Shown piece after piece: positions 35,579-36,202 of a stretch of DNA of 36,202 bases. Source of the DNA: Octopus bimaculoides (Eukaryota); assembly GCF_001194135.2 (NCBI RefSeq), contig NC_068988.1:78239822-78276023 (forward strand), given 5' to 3'. The notes under the pieces were generated by a model. The model was not told the DNA's origin, made no database searches, and saw only the letters and a program-made list of their open reading frames with translations. How positions within the stretch are numbered: the first letter of the stretch is position 1; every line of letters starts with the position of its first letter. Both the position numbers and the translations under genes were made by a program.

Positions 35579-35666
35579 GTGCCGCTGAAGATTGCTCTGC
35601 ATTTAAATTGATGTAATGATTGCATTATTCAATTAAACGGTGTTGCATGAAACGATCTCACTGCAT
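35579..35666 (+). ncRNA. Type I hammerhead-ribozyme-like motif with extended stem II (copy 2)
   Basis: GTGCCG-CTGAAGA(35585)-TTGC...hairpin...GCAT-GAAAC(35649)-GATC-TCA-CTGCAT; both core boxes intact, cleavage triplet mutated. Confidence 0.6.
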
Positions 35667-35855
35667 TACCTCTGGATATCATTGTTGCTTATTTTCATTT
35701 TAATCACCGTATTTTGAAATTGTATGGATAATACCATACTAAATTCTGGTGCCTCAATGTAAGTACCATATTCATCTGAATCTAAATATATATGTATATA
35801 TATATATATATGCATACATATATATATATATATTTTTATATACATATATATATAT

Positions 35856-35895
<40 letters not shown>

Positions 35896-35977
35896 CATTT
35901 TTGGATATGGTTTGCTAGATTCTTTATGTGAGTTCATGTGTTGAAGCATATTCTGTTGTACCTGGGGAGAGTCATTT

Positions 35978-36202
35978 TCTTCTTGCGCCTTATAATTTAA
36001 CACACTCACCGGTAAAATTTCCACTTATTCTTTATTTTTATTTTCCTAAAATCTCCGTTGCATCTTGCAACCTTTTCAATAGTCTTGAGAGTCAAGATTA
36101 TTGAAAAGGTTGCAAAATGCAACGAAAATTTTTGGAAAATAAAAATAAAGAACAAGTGGAGATCTTACTGGTGAGTGTGTTAAATTATACGGCGCAAAAA
36201 GA
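35978..36202. repeat. Long near-perfect inverted repeat (foldback or MITE-like), centre ~36090, running off the window
   Basis: Arms 35978-36088 and 36092-36202 pair (TATAATTTAACACACTCACCGGTAAAAT...TCTTGA GAG TCAAGA...ATCTTACTGGTGAGTGTGTTAAATTATA); mismatches are mostly transitions. Confidence 0.92.

Noticed and set aside
35836-36024. Minus-strand 62-aa ORF
   Set aside because: Built from the foldback arm and a (TA)n tract.

Overview
Eukaryotic, AT-rich, microsatellite- and retroelement-dense genomic DNA with six N-gaps. The repeat families look like those of octopod cephalopods, probably Octopus (inferred from recognition, not a database hit). The only well-supported host gene is on the + strand. 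Two in-phase exons are visible: 13497-13599 (signal peptide) and 25950-26428 (furin-like RLRR site, then a ~42% Ser/Thr mucin-like stretch); the gene presumably continues beyond the window. The rest is mostly decayed mobile DNA: RTE, CR1 and R4/Dong-type LINEs, three Penelope-like (PLE) relics, at least three tRNA-derived SINE families, a hAT-like MITE and a long foldback. Most notable are two diverged PLE-associated copies of a hammerhead-ribozyme-like motif with an unusually long stem II, a second ultra-minimal hammerhead-like motif, and a CpG-retention island (~12.1-16.3 kb) readable from paired SINE copies. Coordinates of decayed elements are approximate (tens of bp). No prokaryotic-type system (CRISPR, operon) is present.
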